From assembly GCA_963772065.1 (NCBI GenBank), contig CAVYVZ010000010.1, forward strand, positions 449,802-513,801: 64,000 bases of DNA, read 5' to 3'. Position numbers and translations under genes: made by a program. The notes below the pieces were generated by a model that saw nothing but the letters and a program-made list of their open reading frames with translations, was not told where the DNA came from and made no database searches. Position 1 is the first letter of the stretch. Every line of letters begins with the position of its first letter. The stretch comes from an uncultured Acidobacteriota bacterium (GTDB lineage: Bacteria; Acidobacteriota; Vicinamibacteria; Vicinamibacterales; UBA2999). This document shows positions 60,914 to 64,000 of the stretch, one piece after another.

Positions 60914-61611
60914 GTGCACCCGACACAAGGTAGTACCCGAACAGGTCGTGACGCACATCCGCCGGCTGATTGAGCGGGGTGAGCTCCGCCCGGGCGATCG
61001 CCTGCCGGCCGAGCGCAATCTGGCGGTACGGCTTGGTGTCAGCCGGCCGAGCGTCCGCGCGGGGTTGCGGGCGTTGTCCGCCATGGGCGTCGTGCAGCCG
61101 CGCCACGGATTCGGGAACGTACATCCCAGACGGACCGCCGGTGCTCGGGTCGGAGCCGTTGAGTTTCCTTGCCGCACTGCACGGGTTCACCGGGCTGGAG
61201 ATGTACGAGGCGCGCCGCATCCTGGAGGTCGGCGCTGCCGGCCTCGCGGCCGAGCGAGCGACGGACGAGCAGCTGGCCAAGCTTGCCGAAGATGTGGAGG
61301 CGCTCTACGGCGCGCTCGAGTCGCCGCAGGTGTTCCTCGTGCACGACATCAACTTTCATCGGAGCGTGGCGGCCGCTTCCGGCAATCCGATTGTCGCGTC
61401 GTTGATGGAGATGGTCTCCGCGCTGTACTACGATCGCCGCCGGCAGACCGCGCAGCGCGCCTCGGAGCGCGACCTGCGCGATGCGGCCGAAGCACACCGC
61501 CGCATCTACGACGCGATCTGCGCGCACGACGCCGAACGCGCTCGGCAGGCGATGAACGAACACCTGCTGCAGGCCAGCGTGTACCAGGAACAGGAGAATC
61601 CGCGTCGATGA
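60914..61611 (+). pseudogene. GntR/FadR-family regulator with two frame breaks; possibly leaderless
   Basis: TATAAT lies at 60902-60907 and the GTG at 60914. The reading MHPTQ|VVPEQVVTHIRRLIERGELRPGDRLPAERNLAVRLGVSRPSVRAGLRALSAMGVVQPRHG|SGTYI...FCD domain requires dropping one base at about 60927-60930 and 61107-61113. Confidence 0.7.
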
Positions 61612-62411
61612 CGACCGAGACCCTCGCCAAACCCCGCGCCGGCCATCCACTGTTCGATCTCACGGGCCGAGTGGCCGTCGTGGTTGGCGGCACGAGCGGC
61701 ATCGGGCGCACGCTGGCAATGGGGCTCGCCGAAGCCGGCGCGGACGTCGTCGTCACGGGACGCCGCCAGGCGCTCGTGGATGACGCGGCCACCGCGATCG
61801 AGGCGATGGGCCGGCGCACGTTGAGAATCGCGGCGGATGTCGCCGATCCAGCGTCGCTTGCGCGTGTGCGCGACGCATGCCTGGCCGAGCTCGGTGCCGT
61901 CGACGTGATGCTCGTGGCGGCGGGCACCACCAAGCGCGTGCCCACGCTGGAGATGGACGAGGCCGACTGGAACCGCATTCTCGAGACGAACATCACGGGG
62001 ACGATGCGCGCCTGCCGCGTGTTCGGCGCGCCGATGGTCGCTCGAGGCCGCGGGCGCATCATCACGATCGGATCGCTCTCCTCCTACGTGGGGCTCCAGG
62101 AGGTCGCGGCGTACGTCGCCAGCAAGTCGGCGGTGGCCGGCCTCACGCGCGCGCTGGCCGTGGAGTGGGCGCCGCACGGCGTGACCGTCAACGCGATCGC
62201 GCCCGGAGTGTTCCGCACCGATCTCAACAAGGCGCTGCTCGAGTCGGCCCGCGGACAGGAGTTCCTCATGCGCACGCCGATGCGCCGGTTCGGGCGCACG
62301 GAAGAGCTCGTCGGCGCCGCGATCTTCCTGGCCTCCGACGCCTCCAGCTTCGTGACGGGCCAGCTGATTGTTGTTGACGGAGGCTTTCTGGCGAGCGGAG
62401 TCAATCAATGA
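61608..62411 (+). CDS. SDR-family oxidoreductase (KduD/gluconate-5-dehydrogenase-like)
   Basis: GGTSGIGRTLA, a Y..SKSAV catalytic motif and PGVFRTD are present. The start overlaps the upstream stop (ATGA). Confidence 0.9.
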   Translation: MTTETLAKPRAGHPLFDLTGRVAVVVGGTSGIGRTLAMGLAEAGADVVVTGRRQALVDDAATAIEAMGRRTLRIAADVADPASLARVRDACLAELGAVDVMLVAAGTTKRVPTLEMDEADWNRILETNITGTMRACRVFGAPMVARGRGRIITIGSLSSYVGLQEVAAYVASKSAVAGLTRALAVEWAPHGVTVNAIAPGVFRTDLNKALLESARGQEFLMRTPMRRFGRTEELVGAAIFLASDASSFVTGQLIVVDGGFLASGVNQ

Positions 62412-62731
62412 ATTCCGCGCTCGTGATCAGCGCCCGCGACAATGTCGCGACGGCGCTCGAGATGCTCGAGCCGGGACGCGCCCTCGAGCTCGGCGTTCGC
62501 CGCGTGGTCGTGCGCGATCGGATCCCTCCCGGCCACAAGGTCGCCATCGAAGCGATCGCCTCGGGACAGGAAGTCCGCAAGTACGGGAGCGCCATCGGCA
62601 CCGCGCTGTCGGATATCGCCATCGGCGCACACGTCCATACGCACAACGTGGCGAGCGGACGCGGACGCGGCGACCTCGCGGGAGATGCGCGAACGCGCGG
62701 CCACCATCCGCTCGCGGAGCCCGAAGAGTAA
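62408..62731 (+). CDS. UxaA-family dehydratase, small (SAF-domain) subunit
   Basis: ...ISARDNVATAL..L..G........V.V...IP.GHKVA...I..G..V.KYG..IG.A...I..G.HVHTHN is present. The start overlaps the upstream stop (ATGA). Confidence 0.85.
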   Translation: MNSALVISARDNVATALEMLEPGRALELGVRRVVVRDRIPPGHKVAIEAIASGQEVRKYGSAIGTALSDIAIGAHVHTHNVASGRGRGDLAGDARTRGHHPLAEPEE

Positions 62732-63903
62732 TGATCCGGCCGCAGTTCCTGGGCTACAAGCGCCCCGACGGCCGCGTCGGCGTTCGCAACTACGTGCTCG
62801 TGGTGCCCACCGTGATCTGCTCGTCCGTGGTATGCGAGCGGATTGCCGCTGCACGGCCCGAGCACATCGTCGCGCTGCCGCACCTCGCGGGTTGTGGGCA
62901 GATCGGACCCGACCGCGGCATGACGCAGGACACGCTGCTGGCGTACTGCGGGCATCCGAACGTCGGCGCCGTGCTCGTCGTGGCGCTCGGGTGCGAGCAG
63001 ATCATCGCGCAGGAGTTGGCGGAGGCGGCGCGGCGCGCGGGAAAGCCCACCGAGATCCTCGCCATCCAGGCGCTCGGCGGCACGCCGGCCACCATTGCCC
63101 GCGGCACCGAGGCGGCGCTCGCGATGGCGGACAGCATCGCCGACGTCGAACGAACGCCGTGCGACATCGCATCGCTCGTGCTGTCGCTGAAGTGCGGTGG
63201 TTCGGATTACACGTCGGGTCTGGCCGCGAACCCCGCTCTCGGGCGCGTCGCCGATCGGCTGGTGTCACTTGGGGGTGCGGCGGTGCTGGGCGAGGTGGCT
63301 GAAATCATGGGCGCGGAGCACCTGCTCGCCGCGCGCGCGACGCGCCCTGGCGTGGCGACGCAGCTCATTCAGCTGGTCAGCCGGGTCGAGGGCGAAGCAA
63401 TCGCGCTCGGGCTCGACATTCGAGGCACGCAGCCGTCACCCGGCAACATCCGCGGCGGCCTGACCACGATCGAGGAGAAGTCGCTCGGCGCCGTTCACAA
63501 AGGCGGCGAGGAGTCGCCGCTCGAGGAGGTCGTGCCGTACGCCGGCCGTGTCACGCGCCCCGGTCTCACCGTGATGGACACACCGGGGCTCGACGTCGAG
63601 TCGGTGACGGGAATGGTCGGCGGCGGAGCGCAGGTTGTCGTGTTCACGACCGGGCTCGGTACGCCGACCGGCAATCCGATTGCGCCCGTGATCAAGATCA
63701 CCGGAAACGCGCAGACCGCGCGGCGGATGGGCGACAACATCGACCTCGACGTCAGCGGCGTGCTCACCGACGCGGAGGATTTCGGCCACGCCTCCAGCCG
63801 TCTGTTCGACGAGGTGCTCGCCGTCTGCTCCGGCAAACGGGTCGCGGCCGAAATCCTCGGCCACCGCGAGTTTGCGATTCACCGGCGCAATCCCACCATC
63901 TGA
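62731..63903 (+). CDS. UxaA-family (altronate/galactarate-type) dehydratase, large subunit
   Basis: FLGYKRPDGRVGVRNYVLVVPTV.CS...LPH..GCGQ...LKCGGSDYTSGLAANPALG...GTQPSPGNI.GGLTTIEEKSLGA..K.G is present. Confidence 0.9.
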   Translation: MIRPQFLGYKRPDGRVGVRNYVLVVPTVICSSVVCERIAAARPEHIVALPHLAGCGQIGPDRGMTQDTLLAYCGHPNVGAVLVVALGCEQIIAQELAEAARRAGKPTEILAIQALGGTPATIARGTEAALAMADSIADVERTPCDIASLVLSLKCGGSDYTSGLAANPALGRVADRLVSLGGAAVLGEVAEIMGAEHLLAARATRPGVATQLIQLVSRVEGEAIALGLDIRGTQPSPGNIRGGLTTIEEKSLGAVHKGGEESPLEEVVPYAGRVTRPGLTVMDTPGLDVESVTGMVGGGAQVVVFTTGLGTPTGNPIAPVIKITGNAQTARRMGDNIDLDVSGVLTDAEDFGHASSRLFDEVLAVCSGKRVAAEILGHREFAIHRRNPTI

Positions 63904-63911
63904 GGAGACAC

Positions 63912-64000
63912 ATGAGCAGCTCGTCCTCCGTTTCCGCAGCCGCTCCGTCGACGACGACCGCCACGCGCGCGGCCGCCGCCGTCGGTCGGTTTCGCTGGTA
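63912..64000 (+). CDS. 5' end of an unidentified gene (runs off the window)
   Basis: GAGGAG lies upstream of the ATG at 63912. It reads MSSSSSVSAAAPSTTTATRAAAAVGRFRW... and is too short to assign. Confidence 0.35.
   Translation, partial: MSSSSSVSAAAPSTTTATRAAAAVGRFRW

Noticed and set aside
59670-62411. 913-aa plus-strand ORF
   Set aside because: It is a composite read-through. The first ~400 codons are the MFS gene read out of frame. Only the segments 60931-61110 (GntR wHTH) and 61608-62411 (SDR) correspond to real coding sequence in this frame.

Overview
This is a visibly high-GC bacterial chromosomal segment. The gene content (a PSD1/DUF1553 + DUF1501 pair, TonB receptors with carboxypeptidase-regulatory N-domains, a TPR Ser/Thr kinase, a four-helix-bundle gene) suggests an Acidobacteriota-like soil bacterium, but that is inference only. 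I can support about 60 protein genes and one tmRNA; I found no rRNA, tRNA, CRISPR array, transposase or integrase. Left third: zapB/zapA, RNase Y, thiL, a minus-strand operon (secreted truncated haemoglobin, ECF sigma, RskA-type anti-sigma, TonB receptor), an ABC exporter pair, cstA, a lytic transglycosylase and a coiled-coil/GAF protein. Middle: PSD1/DUF1501, a Ser/Thr kinase, a small lower-GC accessory patch (polysaccharide-lyase-like protein, lipoprotein, decayed ankyrin gene, amidohydrolase, DinB) next to ssrA, a tandem-repeat/beta-lactamase-fold hydrolase, then amiC-gerMN-rph-rdgB. Right third: YihY, a GNAT acetyltransferase, a four-helix-bundle cassette, coaA, a dead TonB receptor, and a uronate/sugar-acid locus (KduI/IolB, SDRs, GH88-like hydrolase, ApbE-DoxX-Tat-Gfo/Idh/MocA, OYE, MFS, two GntR regulators, split UxaA dehydratase) in which most adjacent genes share 4-nt start/stop overlaps. 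Four points deserve a second look. (1) Many intergenic sites carry short tandem heptanucleotide arrays, often as inverted arms; one forms an 18-bp helix that is complete only in minus-strand RNA. (2) Twelve frame breaks in eight genes are all fixed by deleting one base. (3) The Tat-exported Gfo/Idh/MocA dehydrogenase carries an ApbE-type flavinylation-like motif (ETITGAT), with apbE and doxX immediately upstream. (4) A signal-peptide truncated haemoglobin heads an ECF-sigma/TonB-receptor operon. Many long ORFs in the supplied track are antisense or off-frame artefacts of the high GC content.
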